64,000 nt of DNA from contig NC_092672.1 of the NCBI RefSeq assembly GCF_964355755.1, positions 33,486,437 through 33,550,436 of the forward strand. The letters are read 5' to 3'. A program made the position numbers and the translations under genes. The DNA comes from Antedon mediterranea (lineage: Eukaryota > Animalia > Echinodermata). Positions 26,901 through 39,085 of the stretch are shown piece by piece (positions within the stretch are counted from its first letter, which is position 1; each line of letters opens with the position of its first letter). The notes beneath the pieces are model-generated. The model was not told where the DNA came from and did no database searches. It saw nothing but the letters and a program-made list of their open reading frames with translations.

Positions 26901-29900
26901 ATAATATGTGAGACTAAGAATCTCTCCAACAACTATAAACAACGGAAATGACATTTGTTTATTCTCCTCCACCGAGGTACCAAAACCCTCTTACAGTCTT
27001 TTACTTTCTCAGGCCTACCTACAGTATGTATGACACGAGGCCATCACAATATGACTGTACGCTCGTGTGAACTTACGTGACTTAAAGCTGTGTTGCTTCT
27101 ATTGTAAGTGGGAACCAAACTTTACCCCACGAAAACGGGTGGCTCACTTTTCTGTGAAGAAATGAGAATGTTGATTTTATTCTTATATTATTTTTATGAA
27201 TTCTGATGTTTATCAAACATGTACTATGCGTTTAATGAGATTTAGACCTAAATGGGGTTTCCGTGTTTAAAGTAGATGCTGAAATCTATATTTTCATTAT
27301 TTTTAGCGACTAATATTACTCTATCAATATTTTTGTTTAAAGTTATACAGCTATGAGTAACGTAATAATAATATCCTTCCCTCCCTATTTAATTTAGCGT
27401 TCAACCGTATCGACAAGTTCTTAACACGGTTAATTAAACTTTGGACATGTTACATGGCCATCATTTTACCTACTAAGTCTATTCGTTAATATATTCCAAC
27501 ATTCATTAAACCAAAGAACAAAACTGAAAACAGAGTATCAGTGGCTGGATCTCAATAAGGTTTATCGCGAAATAGCGTGTGCGACGCATGGGGCGGGGGG
27601 GGGGGGGTACGTACTTGATTTGTTGTTTGTTCGTATGCGCCGTGACGTTTGCTCACAAACCCTTCCTATCATAAATTGTATGACGTTCCTCGCAGAATCA
27701 AGCTATTTGCGATACCTTATGGAGATACAAAATTAAATAAGCAGAACTAAAACGATAAAGTAACGACTAGAAAGAAATTACGGGTCATGCTTTCGGGCAC
27801 TATTCCTTCGTCAGGGTTAAAATATATTATAAAACATATTTTAAATCGTATAGCCTGTATTATAAACATCAACATATTGTTTTGTTCAACAAGAAAACAA
27901 CAGAACTAAGTTGTGGGATATGCTTTCGGAAAACACTTATTCCTTCGTCAGGGTAAAAAAATATTATAATGCATCTTTATTTTGAATCCTATAGCCTGTA
28001 TTATAAACATCAACATAATTGTTTTGTTCAACGAGAAAAAAAATACAAGTATCGGAAATGGACTAACAGAGCTTGCGCGTCACAGGAAATAACCCGAGTA
28101 ACGGAGGAACGCGTTAGATTACAACAAGCAACGCAACCTGGCATTTCTGATGAATGGTTCGAAATTAGCCGATTTCCCGTGCCTCTCTTAGCCCATCCGG
28201 CAGTCCGGATGTTAACTCTCTGCCAATGCCGGAAAACACGTTGTGTTTCAGTTGTCGTTGTTTTTTCCTTCTCAATTCATTCATTATTTTACTCTGCGAC
28301 CATCATTATTATTGACTATAGACTAGAGATTTCATTAAGTGTTATAGTCATTATCTTTTACGTAAGAAGCATTTTATCAAGAGTTTTGTAAGTTAATTTA
28401 TTATTTTTATAAGTTGATTTGTTGAAATATTTTATTATTTTATATTGAGTTATTATTTTATCGATAATTATTTTATTTTGATCTACTATTTATGTTAATA
28501 AAGATGTGTTTTCCAATTAAGTCCACTTTTATATAACGTAATATTTTACTTATATATATTTATTTATTTTGTATTTATTTGTTACACATTTTATATAAAA
28601 TGTATTGCGAGTTCTAATTAATAAATGCGATATATTGTTTGCTTGTTTTACATTAACGTAACATTTTACATTTAGCCTACTGTTGGCCTAATATGCTTCT
28701 TAAACCGACATTTTAACATCACAACTGTAACCGGTTAATCACCAAAAAGCCCTGTCCTAAGTTGAAAGCTCTGTCTACGCTATCAAACTCTATGTGACCA
28801 AAAATATGACGTGCCCATATGAGCATGATGATGTCAGATTACTACCATATTTGAGCATATCACTACCATATTTGGGTAAATCACACTAGTTTGATAGTGT
28901 AAACAGAGCTTAAGGGGTTGATACCTTATGTTTTATATATGGATTTGAATATGCAAGCATGTCCTTAGAGTGTCTGTGTCATACATTGTTGTAATTGATT
29001 ACTATTCTATAAAATTACTATAGGTCCTAATAATAAAGTATGAATAGTCGCATGCCAAGCTATCTTATGGACCTAAATGATTACACATCCGCCTGCGGAA
29101 TTAATATATTTCCTTACCGAATGAGAACTTGTGAAAATTATTTATAACTAGTATTTCAAAAAGCTGAATTAATAAATTCGACTTAGTTGATCCGGTTGTA
29201 TAGTTAAGTACCCATAAAAAGGAATACTTTGAAATGCGATACCGATGACGACGCGATGAATATGTTGTTACGGTACATGAATAAAGGACTTAGACGCGCG
29301 CGTGTCCAACTCTGATAAAGCGGTATTTCTTTTGTACGTGCTATCAACGTGTGTTGATGTGATTTGAATCACGTGTTTCGCAGGAATTGATACATGGAAA
29401 CAGTTAACAACATTCGCTAATGTTGGTGATGACGCCATTGTGTTTTTCATACGTTATATTATTTAGGCCTTCTATTATTAAATCTAATATATATACTGGT
29501 ATTAATTAACATTGAATGCTTGGTTTATCCCCTCAGATTGAGTTTGCCAGAAATAATTACGCCCCGTATTATGACGACGAGGGCAACACAATAGTTGAAG
29601 TTGACTGTGGAGGAAACAAAGCACAACTGTACGTGAACAAACTGTGTCAGGGTAGCAAGGGACTGTGCATTAACCACAGGGTACGGTTTAAAACCATTGA
29701 CATTATTTTTGTATGCTTTTTTTTCGACAGTACTGGTGTTTTAGTAATAATAGTAGTAACGATTTTTAATGCACATTTCTCCACCAAAGAGGCTCAGAAG
29801 GCGCTTACGTAGTATGTCTACGATAATAACAAACACTGTATAACTGCTCGGTCTGCTAATTATGGTAATATATTCATGAACAATAAGTTAAATGATGCGG

Positions 29901-32900
29901 TTTACAGGCGATATGCGACGCAGGAAACCGGGGTTGGCCAATTTCCTGAATTGTTTTGTTTTTCTAACGACAACGTGCTTCCTCTTTTTTGTCTGGTCAA
30001 TTCGATTTTACAATTTTACCCACGGGCTTGACCTTTGACCAAGGGAGACTTGCTAACCATCAGTGGCAGACAATATCATGTTTAACGTGTTTCTATATTG
30101 AAGTGTTGAACTAAACCTCATGTCCTATCTTTTTTTTATTGTAATATTCAAAATCGTATCCGCATTTGAAAATAACTGTTAATTATTATTTTAAAATACA
30201 CTCAATGCTACTGTACTTTATAATTTATCAACAACATTCTGTAATTGAAGTGATAATTTTGGTTGATCGGTTTCAGCTAAAATAATTAACATACTTTTCG
30301 AGGTAAGGTACATGAATTATTCATTAGCCATATTCCGCTACATTATTGAATATGCATTTGTGTGACGTGCCATAGAGCGCTAACGAATCGCACGATCTAA
30401 CATTACGGGTTTTATGATTTACCTTACAGGGGCATTGGTATACACCCAACGAGTATCAAGCATTCTGCGGTAGAGAAACAGCTAAAGATTGGAAGAGGAG
30501 CATTAGACATCGTGGTAAAAGTTTGAAGATTTTAATGGCTAGAGGGCTGCTAAGCACACACCATTCATCTTGTGATTGTCCTACTTGCCGATTCCAGGTA
30601 TGTTTTACAGATAGTAAGAGCCAAATAAATTAAATTATTTATAAATAAATTAAATTATTTATAAATGAATACAATAGAAAAGCATATTAATGCGTGGTTC
30701 CCACTAGAGACGCAATACAACGTAATGGATTTTACCAATCACGAGCAATGAATTATTCGAACTGTCGCTCGTCATTGGTCAACTCGCTTGCGTTGCGTTG
30801 AGTCCTAGTGGGAACCAAGCTTAAGAGCGAACATTTATGTTATAACGATTTATAATAATAAAACTGTTCCCTGAATAGAGGTGTCCCTTAAATTTAATTT
30901 TTTTATTTTATTTTATTCGGTATATAAAAATATATTACAAAACGACAGTCAAGGACTGAACTGAATTGTATTTATTTGAGGGTTAGACGTACATGTATTG
31001 TTAAAAAATTATATTTCCCCTTAATCGTTGTATGGGAAGTGTCGCCTTTTTAATGGTTGTACTGTATCTTTTTAGGGTTAGCCTGTGTTATTATAATCTT
31101 TTCTCTAATACTAAGGTTTCACATGTGAAACGCATCTGTGTACACTGATGAATTTTAACTAGCTAGGCCTATACAGTTCGATTCTAAAAAACGTTATTCA
31201 TATTTCAGCTTACAAAACCACGCTTCGATAAACGACCCACCTTAGTCGACACCAACAAACTGGCGAGTAGGGTGAACGACATGGATTACGTCACAACGTC
31301 GTCTCCGTCTGTAGAATACGTAACTCTCTCGAACGGAAGGAAGGTCAAAAGAACCGGGTAAATGCCAAATACTTTATTTTGTATGTATTTTAAGGGTTTA
31401 AACAAAAAAAATACAATTACTCATTTAATACATTACTGATGCATGATGACCTCAGTAAATATAAAAAAATAAATACACCGCATCCGCTCACAATAATTTA
31501 CTGGATATTTGTTAACGTAGTTACAGATAAAATTGACTTGTTCTATTACCTATTTTATAGGGCTAAATTAAAATACAAAATTGACATATTTAGATTTTTG
31601 TTGATAAACCAATATTTGGAGTACAGAGCATACAACCATAATATGGGACACGCACATTCGAGGGACACTGCTATCATTAAAGGACACTTCGGTAAAACCG
31701 ACGAAAATAAATATAGGCCTATAATAGTTTAACACTTGTTCTTTAACAGCTATTTAAGGTAAACGTTGTTTTGTTCTGGAGGTGTCCCTTTAATATACTG
31801 TATATGTACTGTGTATACCTACTTATCCCGGAGGTGTCCCTTTAATATACTGTATATGTACTGTGTATACCTACTTATCCCGGAGGTGTCCCTTTAATAC
31901 ACTGTATATGTACTGTGTATACCTACTTATCCCGGAGGTGTCCCTTTAATATACTGTATATGTACTGTGTATACCTACTTATCCCGGAGGTGTCCCTTTA
32001 ATATACTGTATATGTACTGTGTATACCTACTTATCCCGGAGGTGTCTAAATAGGAATTCTATTGTAATTATATTCTAATATTTGTTTTTCCAGAGATTCC
32101 GACGGTGCTCTCTCGTCCATCATCAACAATTTGCACCAGGCTAATAATATTAACGTTTCCGATTCCGAAGAAAACAATGGCTCTGTCGATGGCGCTAGGA
32201 AACGCCTGTTAACCAGCACAGGGGAAGGAAACCAGCAGAAAAGGTCTCGCAGTCTATCACCTGCCGATGACATATATGATCAAGAGCAAAGGAAGATATA
32301 TCAGGCTGCTAACTCACCGGAACCTCATAAAATCGGTATGGTTTTTTAATCAGAATCGGCGTTTATTATCTATTATTATAATACTAAGTGACCTTTTCAG
32401 TCAAAGACTGGTCTCCCAGAGCGCCCAGTTATGATCAGTGGCTGTGATGTTACAGTACACCGGGGTAAAACCCTACTCTCGAAAGATGTACTAGGTACTT
32501 TAAAGTCCCCATGATCGATATTAGACTTGCCTAGTTATTTCGAGGCTTGTTGATGTTTGTCTGAAATACAAGCTCAAGTTGTATACGTATGAAACGCAAT
32601 ATGTGCCAAAATATTTTTTACTAATATTAAGTCAAGATGTGTACACTAGACCTATGTTTTATAGTCCTTATCAGAGAAGACTTGTTCTACCACCAGAACC
32701 ATCGAGCGAGGAAGCCTTGCCTCTTGCCAATATTATATGGCTACGTAATTATGGTTCCACTGTTTTAGTCACTAGCTCAATTCAAATGTTTATGTGGGAT
32801 ACATTTTTGATTGAATTCAAATAAATATTAAATGGTAATTTTGATTACATTTTTTTTATATAGAAAATGTTCGCCAGTCATTGGTACCGACAGATCGCTC

Positions 32901-35089
32901 ACAGTCAGCTTCGCCTATAGAAAACATTGACATGCACAGTGTATTGTCGGCTGCGAACGCCATGCACAAATCCCGAAAACAAGTATCACCTCAACACATT
33001 GAACTACAACAGGTAAAGCGACACTAAAGCTTGATTCCCACTAGTACACAATGCAGGGACGTAGACGCATCGCAAGCGAGTTAACCAATGGCAAGCGACA
33101 ATTCGAATAATTCATCGCTTGTGATTCGTCAAATCTCTTTGTTGTGTTGCGTCTCTAATGTGAACCACGCTTTAGAGGTAGCTGTAGGAATCGTACAATT
33201 TAAAAATAATATCTAGCAATATCTATCTAGTACAATGATTTAATTTGATACCATCCTGTAAGAACAAGCACATGCAATGACCCAACAATATTTGGGTTGA
33301 CCACAATAACTGTCGCCTTGAAACTGTATATCGCAAACAAAAGCGCATAATGCGTTTATGCACAAATTCACAATTTCTTGAGCATTCACCACCATTATTT
33401 GCTAGTCTTAACAACTTAACTGTGTATGGCATTCATAAGTTATCAAAACGTGTTTTCATGTACAAATTTAAGAATAATTTATTACCAGCTAACTTTTCAA
33501 ATTATTTTGTTAGAGTAAACTCAGTTCATAATTATGGCATCAGGTCCTTCGATAATTATCGTCCTTATAATTTTGTTACCGATATGGGTAGAAACACTAT
33601 CAGAAGACATGGTCCAATTTTATGGAACAGTATTGATGCTTCTATTTGTAATTCTATTCATCATCTGCCAAAATATTTAAAAAGTTGTATAAAAATAATT
33701 TGTTCTTAACCTATCAATGAGTGTTACAAATATGTTTACATTTACAATGTTCTTTTGCTTATTTTGGTTTTATCGCACTATCTTTGAGTTCATATGCCAA
33801 CATGTTTAGCTAGTATTGTCTCGTCCTGTGCTTCAATTATGTTTGTATCATGTATTATTATTTTGGTAAGGTGGCCAAATACTGTACGAGCTTTGCTCTT
33901 TTTTGGTCATCCTTCCATTGTTTATACATATATTTATTTACACTATGTTTTATATTGGAAAATAAAAACTGAAACTGAAAAAATAAGTATGGTACCGTAC
34001 CAAGGATAGCCCTTTCCATAAGGAGATTTACAATCTTGATTTACGATATTTGATTCATATTCTACATGACATTTGGCGCTCGTTCACACACAGATAAACA
34101 CCAGTGTTTATCACAATCAACATTGGATTTAGTGTGAACGAACGATGAAAACAATTGTTTTTTACTTGTTAAATATAATGGCCGTAATGCTCTTTATATT
34201 TGTATTTTTTTAGCTTAACTTACATCTCCCAAATAACAGATCACATCAGTCGTCGAGTCGAAGGTAAGTTTGAGTACATTTAACTGCCTCTAATTTTGAA
34301 AAAAATAACTATTTTATTATTATTAACAACGTCCTTTTCTTTCTATAGTGTTTAATTCAATATTATTATTATTAATCTTTGTCTTGTTTTAGATACAACA
34401 CAAGGCCAGGTGTTTTAGACCGTGGGCCTTCATCAAGCTCTTCCAGTCATCGATCAGGCCCCGTAAAAATGATTGCCTTAACCCGTCCTGACTCTGCTAA
34501 CTTTTCGCGCGGGAGTATCAACAGTCACCGGTCTCATGATAGAAACATCGCCGCCATGTCTGCAGCAACTACGTCACAACCAGATGACGTCACTGATTGG
34601 TCTGTGGATGACGTCAGTAATTTTGTATCTTCTCTTAGAGGATGCGAAGAATATGCATTGGTAATTTGTTGTTTTATTTTAATTAGTATTTTATTCTTTG
34701 TAGTATATTTAGACCATTCTTTAATTGAACTTTCAAAATGTATATACCGGTACGTGTCGTCGTATATGGTTTTAGGACGTTAAAATGACACTTTTCATTC
34801 TATCAAGACATTTTTTAAACGGTTCATTATATTAAGAGTATAATACTATTTTTTATTTCATTGTATATTATAGATTTTCAGAGACCAAGGCATCGATGGT
34901 GAAATTTTGACAGTTTTAACTGAGGAGCATTTACTGAACCACATGGGGCTAAAGTTAGGCCCAGCGTTGAAGATTCGTTTGCGTGTTGCCAAAAAACTGG
35001 GATATACGTTAGACGGACAATACGGACATTTGGCCACATCTCAGCAACAGCTAGTTCAACAAGTAAAACCAGAGTCAAGTAATTCATGA
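23914..35089 (+). CDS. SAND-domain plus C-terminal SAM-domain nuclear protein (SAMD11/SAMD7/polyhomeotic-type SAM), 10 coding exons, ~553 aa
   Basis: Exons 23914-23958, 24397-24627, 29537-29680, 30430-30597, 31209-31357, 32094-32335, 32864-33012, 34214-34263, 34393-34660, 34874-35089; GT-AG, phase-consistent, 1662 nt. SAND: VEVDCGGNKAQLY...KGLCI..RGHWYTPNEY..FCGRETAKDWKRSIR followed by H..SCDCPTC. SAM: WSVDDVSNFVSSLRGCEEYALIFRDQGIDGEILTVLTEEHLLNHMGLKLGPALKI. Confidence 0.9.
27740..28035. repeat. Tandem duplication of ~135-160 bp, each unit with a hammerhead-like core on the minus strand
   Basis: ATGCTTTCGG..TATTCCTTCGTCAGGGT..AAAATATATTAT...TATAGCCTGTATTATAAACATCAACATA occurs twice (~27788 and ~27920). 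Confidence 0.7.
31776..32046. repeat. 52-bp tandem repeat (~5 copies), probably inside a Tc1/mariner-type MITE starting near 31622
   Basis: GGAGGTGTCCCTTTAATATACTGTATATGTACTGTGTATACCTACTTATCCC repeated; GGGACAC/GTGTCCC subterminal motifs upstream. Confidence 0.85.
33230..33985 (+). mobile_element. 5'-truncated CR1/L2-group (Crack-like) LINE
   Basis: QKRIMRLCTNSQFLEHSPPLFASLNNL...FMYKFKNNLLP.NFSNYF..VHNY..R...GPILWNSI; tail AATAAAACTGAAACTGAAA. Confidence 0.8.
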
Positions 35090-35809
35090 CCACCTATTAA
35101 CTAAAAAAAAATCAGTATAATTACTTGATTCAAAGACACTTAAAAACATTTAATATTGTTTAAAGACTGTGTACAGCCTTTAGTGTTTCAACAGAGGAAA
35201 AGCTTTTATGGGAACGATAAGAGCTGCGATGTATTTGCGTCACGAGTGCGTACGATTGAAAAGTAACGTAGCACACTTTGAGCGTAAAATGCCGATTGCA
35301 TTTGAACATCTGTACAGTAAAGACTAACTTTAGGGTCTGTACAAGGTTAGGATTTTATTTTTGTTCGTTGTGTTAATTTTTTTTTCGCATTTGTAGATTA
35401 CGTGTTTACCTTATTATTCGTGGGCAAATTCCTCTCGTTTAGCGTTAATACTACAGAATGTAAACTGGTTTAAAAATGAAATGGAATGTTTCGTCGTTGA
35501 GATTGCGCGCGTTACTTAAATTGTTTTTGTAAAACTTGACCCATGCGTACGGTCATGTCATCTTGCGATTTCCGAAGCTTAGCGGGAAAGCTAAGCTTGC
35601 CCGCTTTAAAATAGCTCTGTTGACGGCAATTTTCAACCAGCTCTAATTAAAAATTGGCTAGTTTCCACATTTGTAAAGACCGTCCAGATGGTAATATACC
35701 AAATTAAATCAACCGTATGTAATAATAATTATTTATGATTAAAGGTGATTTAGTAATTCTGGAAGAAAATGTCGACTGGAGTAAGACGTGTGGTAAACAA
35801 TATTCAATA

Positions 35810-36210
35810 TTTAATATAACATTTATTCAATAATGGTAAGACAAATAATACAAGAATAATAAACAATAAGAAACAGTAATACAATACAAAAACAAGAAGA
35901 AGTAAATAAAAGAAAGGAATGCCACCATTGGGGTCATGATTAGAAGTAAAAAACTGTTCTCACCATGACCCCGAGAGGAAAAAAAATATATAAAAGGCTA
36001 TAACCTTAATTAATGCTATATAAAATTATTGATGGTACAGTGATAAATATTTATTTTTTAATTTACTTTGCTGGTAAAGAAACAGAATTTTTAATTGAAG
36101 CATCGAGATTATTCCATAAATTAGGACCAGCAATAGAAACAAAATATCGACTTTTTCTACTAATGCATGGCTTTGGAAGTTGATGTCAGTAATAATTTTG
36201 TTTGCTTTTG
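35810..36210 (-). mobile_element. 3' fragment of a CR1/L2-group LINE
   Basis: Minus strand encodes RKSRYFVSIAGPNLWNNLDASIKNS; 3' stem-loop GGGTCATG...CATGACCC at ~35931-35972. Confidence 0.6.
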
Positions 36211-38339
36211 GCACCTGATGATTCTTAGCGCTGTACCCCAACATACAATGAAAATCTCCAGTATGATAGGCACACTCCGAAATAACAGCATCTCGTGTGT
36301 TTCACATGTGATACTGTATCACTATATCTGCCTATGATACTAGCAAAATGTAGTAACAGTACCGAAAATCGGCTACTATTGATTGATGACTATTACAATG
36401 TACATTAAAATAGATTTATGTTAGCGTTCGTTTACAAAGTTTAAAAAGGAAACAAATAATTGATTATATGTGTACATTTATTTTCTTTTTGTTATGTATA
36501 ATCAGGCGTACGGTTCACCAGGTGTTCGAAAAAAGGTTATGTAAATTTGTACCGTGGTTAAATTATACGGATTGTAGTTTGTGCAACGACAACCGGCATA
36601 CTATGGAAGAATTGTGTTCATATACCTACTAACAGTAGGCATGCCTATCCTTCGTTCACGAGACCGGCGTAATACGTTATTCGATGGTATAGGATCAAGA
36701 CACGAGAACATTTGGTATTCGATTTGGATTTTACCGTTGAGTAGGCCTACAGTTTTTCCGTTAAGTATTTATTTAACAGAGTATTTTGAGGATTGAGATT
36801 GTTCTCAACGAAAATGCTTGCGTTGTTAACGTTTTCTATTCAAGTTCAAGTTCAAGTTCAAATTTATTGTCAAATACACAGTAAATGAAATTTGCCTTCC
36901 AAGGTTGAAATTACAATAAAAATAACAACAGTTAAAAACATACAATACTATACAAATTCGCTAGATTCGAATGATTCTCTGTAGTCTGGGTTCCAGACGG
37001 AGGTTTTACTTAATATTAATCAAAAGATTAATATTCTGGCACATATGGCGTTTTATACGTACACTACTTGAGCTAGTAAACTGTACTTTTAGACAAAAAA
37101 TCAAAACGTCGACTGGTTGACTAACATAAAAAAAAATACAGATTTTCTGTTGGACACAATTCGTTTACAATTATTTATCATTCGAATACGACAAGTACCT
37201 AAGGAATCTTTATGTTGACTACGAAAGTGAATCGAATGCGATAATTGTTACCCACTCAACACCAAGCAGTTATGTTGTTTCGCAAACCACCACACAATCG
37301 GTACAGGTTCAAAACTCATGTAGTTCTCTGGTGGTAGAATAAGTCTTAATGGACGTATAAGGATTTTAAACTGGGGTTGCACAGTACACATCTAGCTTTT
37401 GTATAATTTAAAGGACCCGTTCGGAGAGCATGCTACCTAGGTCCATCTCAGCCCTTGTAGTCGTGGACAGACGGATCATCAGTATTCGACACGATGCGTC
37501 TTAGAAGGTATGAATGATGTTTTGTGTGTAACCTAGCCCAATGTGCTTTGAGACGGTTCCCGGATACTGTGCAACATAAAGTTGTAAGTTGATATTTCTG
37601 TAGGCCTAATCATAAAAGGAAGACAGTGCGCCATGTTTAACAAACATCGTACTAGCACCTCCTCAGCTAGCACTACTGATTCTCTGAACATAGGCATAGA
37701 GTAAAAATAGCGAAGGTTCTTTATACGATGATTAACGGAAGGGCAGCAATATTATTACATAATAGCTTATAAATGACTGTTAGCTGGTATAACCATGAAC
37801 CTATACATTATTATTGGGTGTTGAGCTCCGGGAATCAAAGGGTTTGTAAGTGGCTGCGGCACGATCAGTCATACCCGTGATCCGCGGAGAATATGGCCAT
37901 AGTATAGTACTGTTGTTGGTATTTGTCACAGCGGCCAGACATAAGATCGTATTTTGACAAGGCGAGCTCAGGGTTCTGTTGTTAGAATGCATTGGTATAT
38001 CTGCTACGGTATACCGTTGTCAAGAAAATACAAACATTGCTTAAGCAGTACTGTAAAAGTCACGGAAATGACAATATATATAAGTGATATTACTCACTAC
38101 CTATCCGCGATATGGACCTCTGCCTAGTTAATGTTTGGACGCACAGTTGTATTGGAACATTTTATTAGAAGTTATACTTAATTTAATGCTGTGACGTGTT
38201 CACAAGATGGGTATTTACGTGCAGATAGATACAGATTCTGTAAACAACTGATCCAAATACCTTTTATCTTGCATAATACCTTTATTTTTGCTGCTTATAT
38301 AAAAATCCCCTACGATTATTTCACAAACTAGGCTACTAA

Positions 38340-38532
38340 AGGCCAATTGAAACAGCGTCGTACGACGAGTCGTCTCGTCGGGAGAAAATTAAACATGTTT
38401 AAAGTTTTCTCGACGACCTAAAAACTACGACCGACGCTACCTCAAGACGTCTCGTCGGGATTCAACTCGGAAAGCATCGACGAGTCAAACGTTTCGTTGG
38501 ACCTCGTCGTACGATGCTGTATGACTTGGCCT
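38340..38532. mobile_element. MITE family H4 (TIR AGGCCAA...CAGC(G/A)TCGTACGACGAG), upstream of GLUT-A
   Basis: Palindromic element; the paralogous copy at 49434-49621 upstream of GLUT-B has the same flanks, so it predates the duplication. Confidence 0.7.
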
Positions 38533-39085
38533 TTAGAAACTTTTTTTTTTTTTAATAATTTAAATAGATTTGTATATAAGTAGCAAAAAAATAATAATAT
38601 TAATCATAATAATAGACGGGGAGTGATTTGTATTTGTTTAATTATATTGACGTGAGCGAAAATTGTGTGTGATAACAAATTATATTAGCCTATAATATTC
38701 AGTAACCCGCTTAATACTATAATAGCCAATTTGGTGACGAAATCAATGAAACCAGCTTGTCGACACAAACAGAATAACACTTTATCGTATTCGCCAATTT
38801 ACACAGACGAGCGGTAGGGGTAAGCTGAAAACCGTCCAACATAGAATCTGTTATGTTTAACTTACCATTTACCGAGCGCTTTCAGTTTCCGGTCGTCTGT
38901 GTAAATTGGCCTCGAAGATATCAATTAAGTTAATACTTTTTTGAAGATATGTTTTAATAGGCTTATACCAGCAAATATATAAGTTGGCTTGATATACTAT
39001 AAATTCAAATTTGTCGAAGAAGCACGGGCATTTACGTAGAAAGTAGGCCTGCGGTCTTAAGTAATAAGTTCACATTTTGAGGAGC

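Noticed and set aside
27969-28391. 140-aa ORF in a SAND-SAM intron
   Set aside because: Starts inside a tandem duplication, has no recognisable homology and is not needed for the gene model.
37801-37992. 63-aa minus-strand ORF in a GC-richer patch with possible splice sites
   Set aside because: No recognisable protein family and no partner exons found; cannot be supported without a database search.
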